The notes under the pieces: model-generated | The model's input: only the letters and a program-made list of their open reading frames with translations | What the model was told of the DNA's origin: nothing | The model's database searches: none | In this document: positions 19,701 to 31,256 of the stretch, in pieces | Position numbering within the stretch: the stretch's first letter is position 1 | Layout: each line of letters starts with the position of its first letter | Source of the DNA: Amoebophrya sp. A120 | Lineage: Eukaryota; Protista; Dinoflagellata | Assembly: GCA_905178155.1 (NCBI GenBank) | Contig: CAJINV010000026.1 | Coordinates: 266,289-330,288, forward strand | Reading direction: 5' to 3' | Length of the DNA: 64,000 nt | Position numbers and translations under genes: made by a program

Positions 19701-22332
19701 ACCCCGCGGCGATGCCCGCGACGAAGGGTTTCAGGTACAGCTCCATATGGGCCTCGTCCGGAATGACCACGTTTGACCGCGCGTCGTTCCGGTGCACCTC
19801 CCAGTCGTTGCCAATGTAGTGCTTCAAATTCGACAAAACCCCTCGCGCCGTCATGGCGCGCACCATGGATTCCGTGTGAACCACTCCAATCACAGGGTCC
19901 TCCCCCGGAAGGTACTCAAAATTCCGCCCGTTCAGCGGGTGGTGGTGAAACTGCACGCCCGGGCCGAGGATGAGCTGCGCGCCGTGGACGTGGAAGGTTT
20001 CCGCGAGCAGGTAGCCGTACACAGTGGCGTATTCCGGATCCCAGGCCTGTCCCACGGCGCCGCACCCCGGAAACATGATTGCGGCGTCCTTGTCCAGCCC
20101 ATGGTCGTGCAGAGACCCGTCATAGCCCGAAGTGCGAAACCCTTGCGGCCCATCCATGTAGGTCAGCCCCTCGAACCCGATGCTGTCCACCGACTGTGTG
20201 AGACCCACGAACGCATACTGGCCGTTCAGCACCCGCTCACCCCAGTGTGACAGTGCACAACTCCCTCTCCCCCTCATTTGTCATGCAGAACCCCAATGCC
20301 AAGTGCTTCCCCGTGGCAGTATTTGCATGACAGATTCCGGAAGGAGCCTAAACAGTAACAGTATTACTCGCGGCGCATGAATTTGTAATGCACAGGCTCC
20401 AGGAGTGGTGGTGTTTGTACTGCTGCTAATGCAATACAAATGAGGGGAAGTGGGGGTTGTGCAGTCTCATACCCAGCCGCCCCCGAGGACGAACCGGTCC
20501 AGTTCGTGGTCCTTCACTTGGTCGATCAGCTTTATGAGTGTGTCAGGATCGAAATCTTCAAAGTTGAAATAGTTTGTCATGCATAAAATGCAACCGACAA
20601 AATGTCTGTCATGCAGAATAGGCAAGTGAGGCAGATAGTAAGCCTGGTGAGGGGTAGAAATAAAGCTGCTACAGTAGCAATAGCACGACAAATAGCGTCT
20701 TCCTTACCCAAACAACATTACAAACTGGATAATTTTGGCTCTACCCAAATTTGTCATGCGCCACTGGAGAACTGGGCACCAAAGTGTATGCGTTTTATGC
20801 ATCACAAATTATCTAAACTTTGTCGATTTCGATTCTGACACCACCATAAGCTGCTGCGTGGCCGCATTCCGCGCCTGCTCGTTGCCTTCCCACAGCCCAA
20901 ACAGCTCGTCCACGGCCGCCCGCGTGGCCAGCGAGGCAGCGTTGGCGGCCTCGGGGTCCACAACGCCACCGATCCCTCGTGCGTGCGATGTCCCGCCGAC
21001 GATCTCCACCTGTTGCGCACCGAGGTAACCGTTGTGGGGGTTTCGCGCCGGGAACGCCGTCGCCGGCGCACGCTCGTCCGATAAAGGGGTTTCTCCACCT
21101 CCGCAGGAAGCGCAGTTGTCCCGCGCCGGTTGGTATCAAATGCAAAAGTGTCTGGGTCTGGAAGATAGGAAGATTTGTTATGCACACCTGACATGACCCA
21201 TGACGGCGGTGATGTATGCCCTAGCATCACAGATTTTCTGAGTGCTTCTTGATGCCTATCCTGCATGAGAAATACCCTCTCCACGTGGCAAAAACTGAAC
21301 TTGCCATGCAACACAGATTTTTTTACCATCCAAAAATAGCATCACAAGTTGCATCCTTCCAGGAGACCCAGACATATTTGTAGTTGATAGCTGTTTCAAG
21401 CCGTCCTGTACCGCCGGATCGGCGTGTTTCTGGCCCCAAACGTGGTGGCCGTCGTTGTTGTGTGTGGTAGTCTGGTCCGGATTGCCGCCCTGCCACTGCT
21501 CTCCGGAACTCGGAAGGGTTTCTAGCCCGGTGGTCATCCCCGTGGTCTGCTGCCCGCCACTGCTGCTTGTTTTCCCCGGCGTGCCAATCACCTTGCAGCG
21601 CCACGGAGTGCGATATTCAATAGGGTCGCCCTCCTGGACGGCTCCCGGCGTGCAGGAGCCGTGGGGCAGACAGCTCTCCCACCACTCGTCTTTTTCGTAG
21701 CATGTTTCCGTTTCCACGCAGCAGCGCTGAAATGACCCGCACCGTTCCCCCGTCGGGGCACAGGAGGAAGTCGCTGCTTCTTCAGAGTAGATCTTATTTG
21801 TCTTTTCAAGCGCTTCTTTTTTCTCCAGCATTTTCATTTCCCGTCCACTTCTTCCCAGCTCCTGTTCCTGGTGCTCTTGGTCTTGCTTGCTTTTCCGCTG
21901 CAGAAACAACACACTTCCCAGCGCGGTGCCGTCGTCTCGCCGCATTTTGTTCCTCTTTGCTGCAGTTTTTCTCATCGTGCTTTTCGCTTCCCCTGTGCCA
22001 AGGTTGTTTTTCATCTTCTCTTTCGCCACAAATTGGAGTGCGACCACCGGTCGATAGCAGGTGATCAGCGATACGAAGTAAACCCCGGCTGCGGCGTACA
22101 GTCTGGTCCGGAAAAAGACACGAATGGCAACGCTAGTGAGTCGCAGCATCTGGCGCCGTGCCATCATGGCGAAATACAAAAGGGGGAGGTAGATGAAATT
22201 CCAAAACAGGACCGAGTAAAAGTGGTAAATTGATTCGTCTCCAGTTCTACTTGAAGTAGTGGACGTCGACCAGCGGGGATAAAGCAGTGCGTTTAAAAGC
22301 TGTAGTTCGAGAATAGCCGCGGGCATGCGCAT
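16747..22332 (-). CDS. Glycoside hydrolase family 3 beta-glucosidase with an N-terminal CBM1-like Cys module, GH3_C and Fn3-like domains
   Basis: GH3 motifs DGPQG, GRNFEY.GEDP, KHY, VMCGYN, VLTDW (nucleophile), YPGQ.AG.AL.DVL.G...PSG.L, GYR, FGYGL and VVQVYV. CBM1-like CAPTGERCG..CC...CYEKDEWWESC. Eight introners are removed in frame; the start codon is uncertain. Confidence 0.92.
16794..17143. mobile_element. Introner family A (degenerate)
   Basis: tatcgactgcaaatacttatgtc ... gacataagtaagtaatttgcaatgcgta; direct repeat GTGCC/GAGCC. Confidence 0.75.
17290..17445. mobile_element. Introner family B
   Basis: TIRs; direct repeat GGCGT; removal joins LDQDA-NAKPE. Confidence 0.9.
17693..17956. 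mobile_element. Introner family A
   Basis: TIRs; direct repeat GCTTG; removal joins VCKL-VLYDP. Confidence 0.9.
18014..18276. mobile_element. Introner family A
   Basis: Near-perfect TIR tatcaaatgtaaaaatgtctgggtctggaagg; direct repeat CAGCT; removal joins FKEL-LTFAK. Confidence 0.92.
18945..19095. mobile_element. Introner family B
   Basis: Close relative of 2898-3042; direct repeat GAGTG; removal joins AEAL-KAAGM. Confidence 0.92.
20246..20471. mobile_element. Introner family F (left end TG)
   Basis: tgtgacagtgcacaac ... gttgtgcagtctcata; direct repeat CCCAG; removal joins GGGW-GERVL. Confidence 0.88.
20533..20848. mobile_element. Introner family G
   Basis: tatgagtgtgtcaggatcgaaatc ... gatttcgattctgacaccaccata; direct repeat AGCTT/AGCTG; removal joins TQQL-IDQVK. 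Confidence 0.88.
21134..21389. mobile_element. Introner family A
   Basis: TIRs; diverged direct repeat GTTGG/GCTGT; removal joins LKQ-PARDN in frame. Confidence 0.85.
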
Positions 22333-22959
22333 GGTTTAACAATTAGCTTTAGTGATGAAGTAGACAGAACTAGAAGTACTGGGTGGGAGTACAACTTAAG
22401 TCTCTGTCATTCGTTCTTCACGTGCTGGTGTGCAATTATCCTGAGGGCATCGGTGGTGGAAAAAAATTGTAGTTAATCAGAATAACACCAAATCAAGTAC
22501 TTAATGACGAAAGATGAACGATAAAGTGTCTTCTTTGTAACCAATGTGCAGCTCTGTTTCGTTTCCTACTTATTGCAGAAGCGCAGTGGACAGACTGGCA
22601 CTATCCTCGCCACGAGGACAGTGAGTTGCATATACGATCCTCATTTGCGCGCACGACACACGATTGAAAAAATTGAACGTAATCAATCAGAACGACGCTA
22701 CGATGAACGAAGAACGACATGACGCGGTCAAGAAGAACGATTTTTATTTTCTACGTGATAACGATAAGCAATAGCAGAACGACACCAAAAGTTGCGATAA
22801 GCAGCTCAACATAGGAGGCACGTTTAGAAATATTGGGCGACTTAAACTTATTGACTCATATGAGACGAAGTAAACTTTACCCATTCTGCTTTCGTGTTGA
22901 AACTTCAGCTGGATAGCCTCCCAGCCGGCCAAATCTTCTGTTCCACCGGAAAAAGAGAG

Positions 22960-24290
22960 ACCGCAACGCCCGGCGTAAAGATGCGGCGCGCACTTCTTCT
23001 ATTCCTAAACGAATCTGGAGGCGTGCCGTGCATTTTGTTACCGTGATGGCAAAGCGCGCGCGCGTGTGCCTGCCAAGTGCGCGCGTGTGCCTGCCTAATT
23101 CCTTCGCGTGGCCCGCCCGTGTCAGGCATGCTCTTTCGTGCTGTGTGCTGCCTGCGCTCACCTTGGCGGAGGCCTGGTTGCTACGTATGACCACCCGGCG
23201 GGAAAACCTGCCGGCCGTAGGGCGCGCGAGCGGGTTCAGGCCGGCGTTTTGTTGTCCCGCCCCCCTCCGTTCCGCCGCGGCTTCGCCCCCCTTGGGCTTT
23301 GTTATCCGTGTCCGGCCGCTTGCTGATTGCTGCCGCGGCTTTGGCCGTGGTCCCGTTCGCGGGGAACGCTACCGCGCCGGCCCCCGGCGAACCCGGTCGC
23401 CCATCGGGTGGGAGGCTCGTGTGTATCCCTTTGCCGGGCCGCGGCTTTTGGAGCCGTTCCGGCCGTCGGGTATGCGCCCTCTGGCAAGCGCGATCGCAAG
23501 GCAGCGCCGCTTTCGCGCGCTGTGCTCTGAGTACTACAAAACGGGCCCGCTGCTGGGACAGGGATGGGGCCGGGGGCTCTCGGTTTGGAAAATTGTGCTA
23601 AATGCGCACAGGCCCAACCACGTCCGCCGCGGCCCGGCGGGCCAGAGAGAGGCACGCAGCGAGATTGCCCGCCGGGCTCTTCGTCCTTTTCCATTCGAAA
23701 ACGCACCACATCAAGCGCGCCAGCGATACTTATGCCGGGCGCTTTAGCATTTGTGCGAACCGCGCCGCGGCGGAGGAGAGGGGCGCCGAAAGCCGGCGCG
23801 GCGGGGAGAGCGTCCGAAAAGCGTCGAGAATCGCCGCAAGAGCGCGCCGCGCAGCACTGCGAGCCGCCGCTAAACAGGGCCGCGGCGGAGCTTGCGGGGG
23901 CGCTTGCAAGAACGACCCGGAGGCGTCTACGGACAAGGCCGGAAAGCATTTACGAGGGCCACCGCGCGGCGCTGCCGTAAAGCCCAACCGGCGCCGCGCC
24001 GGGGCGCCGGGCAGCGCCTACGAAGATCGCAGGCGCGCGGCCGACCGCCGCCGCGGGGGAAAGTGGCGAGGCGCCTTCCCGGGGCGTCGCCGCACGGCTC
24101 CCCCACGGTCCTAGACAGCGCGCGACCGTACTTGGTCGGCTTCAGCTGCGGGAAAGGAAGGCAAGGCCCGCCCAGGTTTGTTTGGGCGAAACGTCCTCCG
24201 GCAGACTGCGGAGGTCGGTCGCACCAGCTTCGGGCTTGATCTTTACTCTGCGCCGGAATCTGCGCTCCATTTGCGGCCCACGCGATTGGT
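22960..24290. other. Very GC-rich non-coding patch flanking the retroelement
   Basis: GC-saturated with retained A/T runs and a short tandem gcgcgcgtgtgcctgcc x2; ORFs are low complexity. Confidence 0.55.
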
Positions 24291-24377
24291 TCAATGGGAG
24301 TAAATGGAAGAAAAACGCGCAAAGTATCCCCACGCCTTTGGGAGGATAACAATCCTCCCTACAACAGGATAGCAGGC

Positions 24378-27300
24378 TACCAGAAATGGATCACAGTCCG
24401 ATTCTGTAATGCGTGAACAACCGACAGAGATTCCCCGATGAACCGACGTAGACGACGACGCGACGGACGACGGACACCGGACGCACGGACGACGGAACCG
24501 ATGAGAAATCAGCTCGTCTTCTCCACAATGACCATACGATTTTGCTGAAGAATAATTTTTCACACGAAGTGAAAATCACGACCGAATTGCCCGATGATCT
24601 TGGTTTTAGTTTTAGTTGTACAAACGCAAGAGAAAAGCCGCCATATCCCGTAAAAATGCAATAGAGTTGCAAGATAGACGATCCGGAAAGGAAGGCCGTT
24701 TGTTATTTTTTTGGATATTTTCCCTTGCGGGTACAGTGAGAAAAAAGCTGCATTCCGAAGAGCAAACAAGTTACTCAGCAGTCCTATTCTGTTGAATTTG
24801 TGATGCGATTTATTCTTGTCATGGTTTGTTGTTACATCGGCATCATCGTCTGGAAATCAAGAAAAAGCCTCTTCATATTTCCTCAGTTTTACTTGCTTTT
24901 TCCTTCACCAAAAAAACATAACTGAATGCTAGATGCTCGCGTTAGTTCTCCTAGTGCTACATCGTGCGAGAAAAAAAGAATTCCCTCGCTTCGTTGTCCA
25001 CCAAAAAACATTGATAACACAGAATAAGAATAAGGCATAGCTTCTGTATAAGACCTGTTGTCCACTTGGCACGAAGAAAAAACAGAAGAAATTTCGTCGA
25101 TGTGGAGGGCAAATACTTTTGCATACTAGACTTACGCGAGGACAAAGAAGATTACTGCGGCAACGTGCTAGATGCTTTCTACGATTAGTTGTAATTGTTT
25201 CAACCGTTCATCAAAACTTGACTTCACAAAAACTCCCCAAGACGACTGCTGTTCTTTCCGGCAGCGGCGCCAGCCGCGGACGACGTCGATCCCCCGACGC
25301 AGCCCTTGAAGAAGGTTTTCTTTTCCGTCGTTTTTCCTCCGTTCGACGTACTCGATTGCCCTGCTGTTAACCGCTCGCGGATGGCGTGGCGGTCCTTGCT
25401 GTCGGGGACAAAACCGCATAACTGGTCCGGGGTGACCGTCTCAAGCCACTGCAAAGATGTAAATTTATCTTTGCCGCGTGGACCGCATTCGAGACTGGCC
25501 TGTTGGTAATCAAGTTTCCAACTGCCGTCGAGACTCTTGTATCCCGGGATCGTCAAATGACTGAGCTTGTCTATGCATGACAAACTCGCACCCATGGCCT
25601 TGCTTGTCCGTCTCTTCCTGCATCTCCTCGGAAGCCATTTTTCCTCCCTTTTCGAATTTCCTCCACCGAATAACTTCTTTCTCCAACGCAGTGCATTGAA
25701 GCTGCGTTTTATCTTGGTAGTTCTGGAACCGCTCCAACAACTTGTCGCGCCGTTTGTTGCACAGCGAGATGGAGACTGCGTGCGCCTGCGCCTGCTGCTG
25801 GTTCTGCTGCCGCAAGAGGAGGATCTCTTGACGTTGCGTCTTAATCACCTTTTCACGCTCGGCAAGACAAGCATCAAGGTGACAGATTCCGCCTTCCGGG
25901 AAGTTGGAGGCAGTAATAGACTCGAGGCCAAGTCGTTCCCGGTCCGGCGATTCGACATTCTCCCACGGGTGCTGGTGGAAAAGAAGTTTGTGGTCGGGCG
26001 GGAGCAAAAAGGTCGAAAGCGCTGCCGCTTTCTGACCGCACGGCGACAGGACGCAACATTCCACTTTCCCAACTACTTCCCGTCCCAAGCAGGGTTGTTT
26101 TGCCCCCAACTTGTCGGCGCCGACGATCTGCAGGCTGAGGTTGCTGACATCCTCATACTTCCCCTGGAGATACGTATATTCTTCCGGCTGGAAGAGATCG
26201 GCCGGGGGTTCCACGCGTTGGCGCTTCGCGGGTGACAACTCGATGTCATCCAGAGCGTGAAGCACGTCGTCGACGTCGTACTCCTGCATGGCCGCGGTGG
26301 AACCAGAGGGCTTGTTGGACGAAGCAGTGCTGTGGCGCGGAGCAGCAACAACTTCTTGGTCGGAAATCAGGCCGGTGGAAGGCAAGGAGCGGATGATCGG
26401 CCCATCATGAGCAGCGGGCACCGAAGAACTCGGCCCTTTTTCCCCGTGGTAATGACCCTTCTCCACGACTAACTGCGGTAGCATTTCCATATCCTTTCCT
26501 TTCCCTTTCTCGGCGGGCTTGGAGTTGTACGATTCTAAGTCACGCAGCACTTTTTCGCGTTCCTTTTCGATTTCGCGGAGCAGAACACGGGCCTCAGCGT
26601 CACCATCTTGCTCCACCGCCGGGGCAGCGGCGGGCGCAGCAGTTGTCACTTCTTGTTTTACCGCCGGGACAACGACGGACGTAACAGCCGGAACTTCCGC
26701 TGGAGTGGACGACGCAGGTAACGTGGGATTAGTTTCCGGCTCGGGGATGCTGGGGGCAGCAGTCACCGGCGGAATCCGGTAGGGTCCAGTCGACGGCAAG
26801 AGCCACCGAGGCGGCAAGACCACCGGGCCGGGCGAGAATATGGAACTCGATGGCACCGGGACTTCCACATTAGCCGGAGCTTCCACATCAGCCGGAAACT
26901 CCACCTCCACTTGCTCCTCGACTGCAGTCGCATCTTGCTCAACGACCGGAGTCTGAGCCTCCTCCTGAAATTCGGCAGCGGCCGGAGCCTGAATCTGCAT
27001 CGGAGCTTGCACCACGGCATGCACCGGATGGCTCGCGGGATTGTCATCCGCGAGGAGATCACCTTCCTCGTCTTCCGGGGCACTGCTTTCTTCTTCGTCC
27101 ACATTGTTTTCGGCCACTCCGGCACTTTCACCGCCAACACCGTCTTCCTCGTTTGCGATAGCCGCTTGCTCGTCGTTGTTGCCATTTTCTTCGTTCGCGA
27201 TAGCCGCTTGCTCGTCGTTGTTGTCAGCTTCTTCTTCCACATCTTGTTCGGCTGCGGCTTCGACCGGTGGAGCGGGCTGCGCGGGGACTTCCTCGGCCGG

Positions 27301-28617
27301 GCGCGGAATCACGAAGTCGTCGCCGGACGACTCGGAATCAGAATAATTGACGCCGGCACGCGTAAATCTTCCACGCGCGTCTCTTCCCTGCCGGCCCCGT
27401 AAGCCAACACCGCGTCCGCGTTTCGGCGGCATCTCGATGTGTGCGGACACGACGGCGAAGAGAAAAGCAAAAAAGTAACTCATTAACAAAATAAAAATCA
27501 AAACTGTCAGCGGTATCGGTATATGAGGTGAAGCGTCGCGATAGGTCGAAAAGTATATAGGTTTTTTCTGGTGAATTTCAAAGACAAGTAAAACTTTTTC
27601 TCAACTGTTGTTACCCGTAGGCGTAAAATTTTTACCCGAAGGCGCTGCAAACCCGAAGGCATTTTCCCTGGAAGTGTCGATTTAAAAATTGCAATGATTA
27701 AAACTTCCCGATTGAAATTCTCGTGATATTTTTACTTCGACCTTACAGGCTGGCCAGGCTTCCACTAAAAAGAATAAGACTGATTGGCTTTGCGCCGTTG
27801 TTCTGTCGTACTTGAAAAACCTTTCACAGGAAGATAAGCGCGGATCTTTTCCGGTTGAAATTGCCGTGATAAAACATCGAAACTAAAACATCGATCCCTT
27901 CTTGACGGACGAGGCACGCTGCCTTACGCTTAGTTAGTCTTAAATTGGTGATCCTTTTGTTTCAAAGCGGCCGCATGATACCGCTGATCTTGAAGTGAAA
28001 AAATAAAAACTAAAAAGCCGTAGCCGGAGATCAGCGGACTGCTATCCAGATGACCGTAACCGCACTGCTTCCACCGTACGGCCACCGTCGCACCACCGTA
28101 CTCACCATGTCCGTCATATCACCGCACAAGTTGGCTTCCTTACTGTACAGCGTCAGGACCACGGTAAAAACTTCAAGTTCGTCACTACTGCAGTTGCCAC
28201 GCCGCGGACTGGCTCCGCGCCGGGAATTCGGTAGCAACGGCATTTATCTTTCCGATTCCTGCTTCGCCTCGTGACACCTGGTCCCGATATGCATGTAGCC
28301 CTTCTCCTTCTGCGAGCCAAGTTATTCTTTCTCCTGTAATCGCACCTGGACCCGGTCCACCAAATTTGGTAAGCGCAGCAAACAAATTCTTCCGCTTACC
28401 GCTGTGGTGCAGCATCACCCATGAGTTTCTGTCTTTGCAGAAAACCCACAAAGGCTTGCGCAGCCGCAACTCTTCTGCATGCTCCAAAATTTGTTTGATT
28501 CCAATTTCTCCCTGGTAAAACTGGACCTGTGGCGCAACTGAAGCAAAACAATTTGCAGCAGATGTAATTATTTCCAAATCACCCGGCTCAGTGGTGATTT
28601 TTGGTATATTTCCAATA
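24378..28617 (-). repeat. 3' LTR (4240 bp)
   Basis: Colinear, high-identity copy of 42375-46616 from taccagaaatgg to ttccaata. Confidence 0.92.
25224..27501 (-). pseudogene. LTR-encoded ORF (~757 aa reconstructed): basic N-terminus, acidic/Pro-rich middle, coiled coil; frameshifted near 25600
   Basis: ORFs 25510-27501 and 25224-25595 join if a 4-bp duplication (cttg), absent in the other LTR, is removed. Confidence 0.7.
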
Positions 28618-29033
28618 CCGGCACTTTTCTTTTGTTGCTTCAGATGTGACAGCTCTTCTCCTGCTGCCAACTCTTCACGTTCCTCTTGTTCCTGCAGGTG
28701 GAGCTGGTTTCTGATAAACTGCTGCACAATGTCAACAATCCGCTGGTCCAGAGTGCCGAAGTAATTCAGAAGATGCATTGTAGCCAATTCCGCGCGCAAC
28801 GGTCCCTTCGTCAAAATGTCGGGCGGCATGACTTTTCCAGGCACATGACGAACAACAGTTTGACGGTGTTCAAGCATCTGCTGCAGAGAGATGAAGTCCG
28901 ATTTTAGATTTCTCTCCGTGGGGTCAGTGTTAACCAAGTTTTTGCTGTCGGTGAGCTGTAGCAGGGGGACCTTGAATCGCAAAAGACCAAGGCCAAGCGC
29001 TAATTGCTTATGCCAGGCGAGTTCTGACAGCAA
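28185..29033 (-). pseudogene. pol C-terminus: Ty1/copia RNase H second half plus an extension running into the 3' LTR
   Basis: LTDSKNLV and HVPGKVMPPDILTK resemble copia RNase H (DNxxA / ADxLTK); in frame with the upstream ORF across a TGA at 29046. Confidence 0.8.
28624..28633 (-). promoter_or_regulatory. Putative polypurine tract
   Basis: AAAAGAAAAG on the minus strand, 6 nt before the 3' LTR. Confidence 0.45.
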
Positions 29034-29045
29034 AACGCGCTGAGC

Positions 29046-31244
29046 TCAAAGCTCTATGCCCGTGGACGAGTTAAACACGCGCTTCGGTGATTTGCTCCAC
29101 GAAACCAAACACGTCACCCGCTCCGTCCACGGCCCAGCAATGGCGATCACTCCACCGATCTTCGTGCGCGACGCGTCTGCTAATCCGATGATGGCCAGTT
29201 CTCCAGGACCACCAAGTGGCACAATGCGCCTACTGCTAAACTGCTCCGATTGTGCGAAGAGAATGAAACTGCTTACCCGCTCGATGAACTCTTCTACTTC
29301 TTCTGTCACGGTGTTGAAAAGCTCCACTTTGTGCACTTCCGATGCTAATTCCGCGAGCCGTTCCAAAATCACCGAGTTTGTTTTTGACAGCCACAATAAC
29401 TCACCAATGCGTTTGCGAAGCGGGGATTTTACCAGACTTTTCGCATATGCGTTGGGAGCGGCTGCTTTCCGTCTCCAGTAGGATTCCACCTCTTCTACTG
29501 TAAGCTGCTCAATTTTCTTCACGTAGCTCTCCTGCGACAAGTTGTAGGACACCGGAAACTCCGGGCGCAGAATGGGAAATAACTTGCGCAGATTGAACTC
29601 GATGGGCTCTACAGAAGGATAATCCTCTACAGAGGTATCCCGCTTCATCTTGGTTCTTTCCTCAGCAGCAGCTCCCTGCTCTTCGGTGAAAGACGGCTGA
29701 TGTAGACCAAAAGACACTTGAAGTCCCACGCTGTCCAGCGCCGTCTTTTCTTTCTTCATAATTTCGTCTATGTGAAACTTGTCAAACTCGGACGGAACGC
29801 ACGCTACTTCTTTCCCAACAAAAGCGTCTCGCAATCCGCTCTGCAGAACTGCTGCACCGGCTACAGTATATCGGTCGAACAAAACTCCGAGGCGGAGGCA
29901 CGCTATTTCTCCTGCTGCGATGATCATGTCGCCCACGTGAATGCCGAGAGCGCCGAGAATCATGCGCGGTCCGGGATCTTGAAGAGATGTGAGGCTCGAA
30001 ACAAGACGACGAGAAGCCACACTGTAAAGTCCGTCGAAGCTGTCGTCTTTATTGTGGTTACCCCCTTCTTCATCGGGGCTAGAATCACCGGCGTTTTTCT
30101 TTTGTTGCTCTTCAACCGCCTTACTGAAGTGCTGGTCGTAGTTTATTCCCGGCAATTCTAGCGGAGAGTCCAAAACTCTCATTCTTTCGTCTATGTCGGC
30201 CGCAGGAATCTTCGCGATTTGTGCTTCTTTTATTAGCGCGCATTCCTTCTGTCTTCCTTCACGTACTGCGACCTCTTCGCGTGGAGTTGCGTAGAGTCTC
30301 CACAGGCAGGAGGCATGCAGGGATTGCGTAGACTTCAACTGCCGGAGGATGCAGCTTAAAGTTAGCATCCACGCACGCGGAGCGTCTTTGCATCCGTAAG
30401 CGCAGCGCTTCAGACGCATGTAGGGGCGGAAGTCGTATCCTTCCAGCCGCTGCATCAACGGCGGTATGGTCATATACAACTCTGGCGCATCTGCACCATA
30501 CAGCTCCTTAAATGGGAGCCCCCTTAAAAACGCCTTTTGAATGTCCACGAAAGAGGGATGCACTCCCAGCACGGTGGAAAGCTGCAGCAACCACGTGATG
30601 CTCGCTTCTGCCACGGTAAACGACCGACAGACGGGCAAGTTGTCTTGGTTCGCCTCTTTATCCGCCGAAGCGAAAAACCTGGGATCCTGAAGTCCCCGAC
30701 TCACCCAGCGACACTTAAACTTCGACAGTTGTCCGGTGCTGCGGTCGCACTTGACCGCAATCACGACCCTAGAAGTCATGGCCTTGAGACGTTGTGCGGC
30801 AAATTCTTCTTCGGATAAACCGCCATCGAAAGCGTCACTGTTGACGATTTCATCTACTTCGAGCTTTAACGCCGCAAAGAAGTACGAAATACACCCAAGC
30901 TTCGCTGCGGTGTCTTCGTTCACGATCAACGCACTTGTCTTACACTCCTTGAGGTGCTGGCTCAGCGCGTCGTGTGACGTGGAAGTGATTTCGTAGTACA
31001 AGACCGCGTAGAAGGCCCGATCTCCCGGTGGAGCCTTCGCATCTTCGGACAAAAATTCCGTTTCGTCATGCGGGCCGAAACGAAGAACGCACTTTCTTCC
31101 TGGTGAAAGTTCTGGAACAGAACCCCGCTTGACGACGACCGAGGTAACCACATGACGGAAGTCGCGGCTATCTTTCGGCGAGGGAGCCACCGGCTTTCCG
31201 TTGAGAAAAGCGCTCCACTTCCAGATGCGTGGAGAATTGTTCAT
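29046..31244 (-). pseudogene. Ty1/copia-type reverse transcriptase and RNase H N-terminus
   Basis: KCRWVSRG, VDIQKAFL.G, LKRCAYGCKDAPRAW and IHVGDM (YVDD box, first Asp lost); RNase H ADAS ... SSTGIEL. Confidence 0.9.
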
Positions 31245-31256
31245 CAGCTTCTCCCT

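Noticed and set aside
18481-20250. Plus-strand ORFs overlapping the GH3 gene, IP3R and pol
   Set aside because: Antisense shadows of the minus-strand coding sequences.
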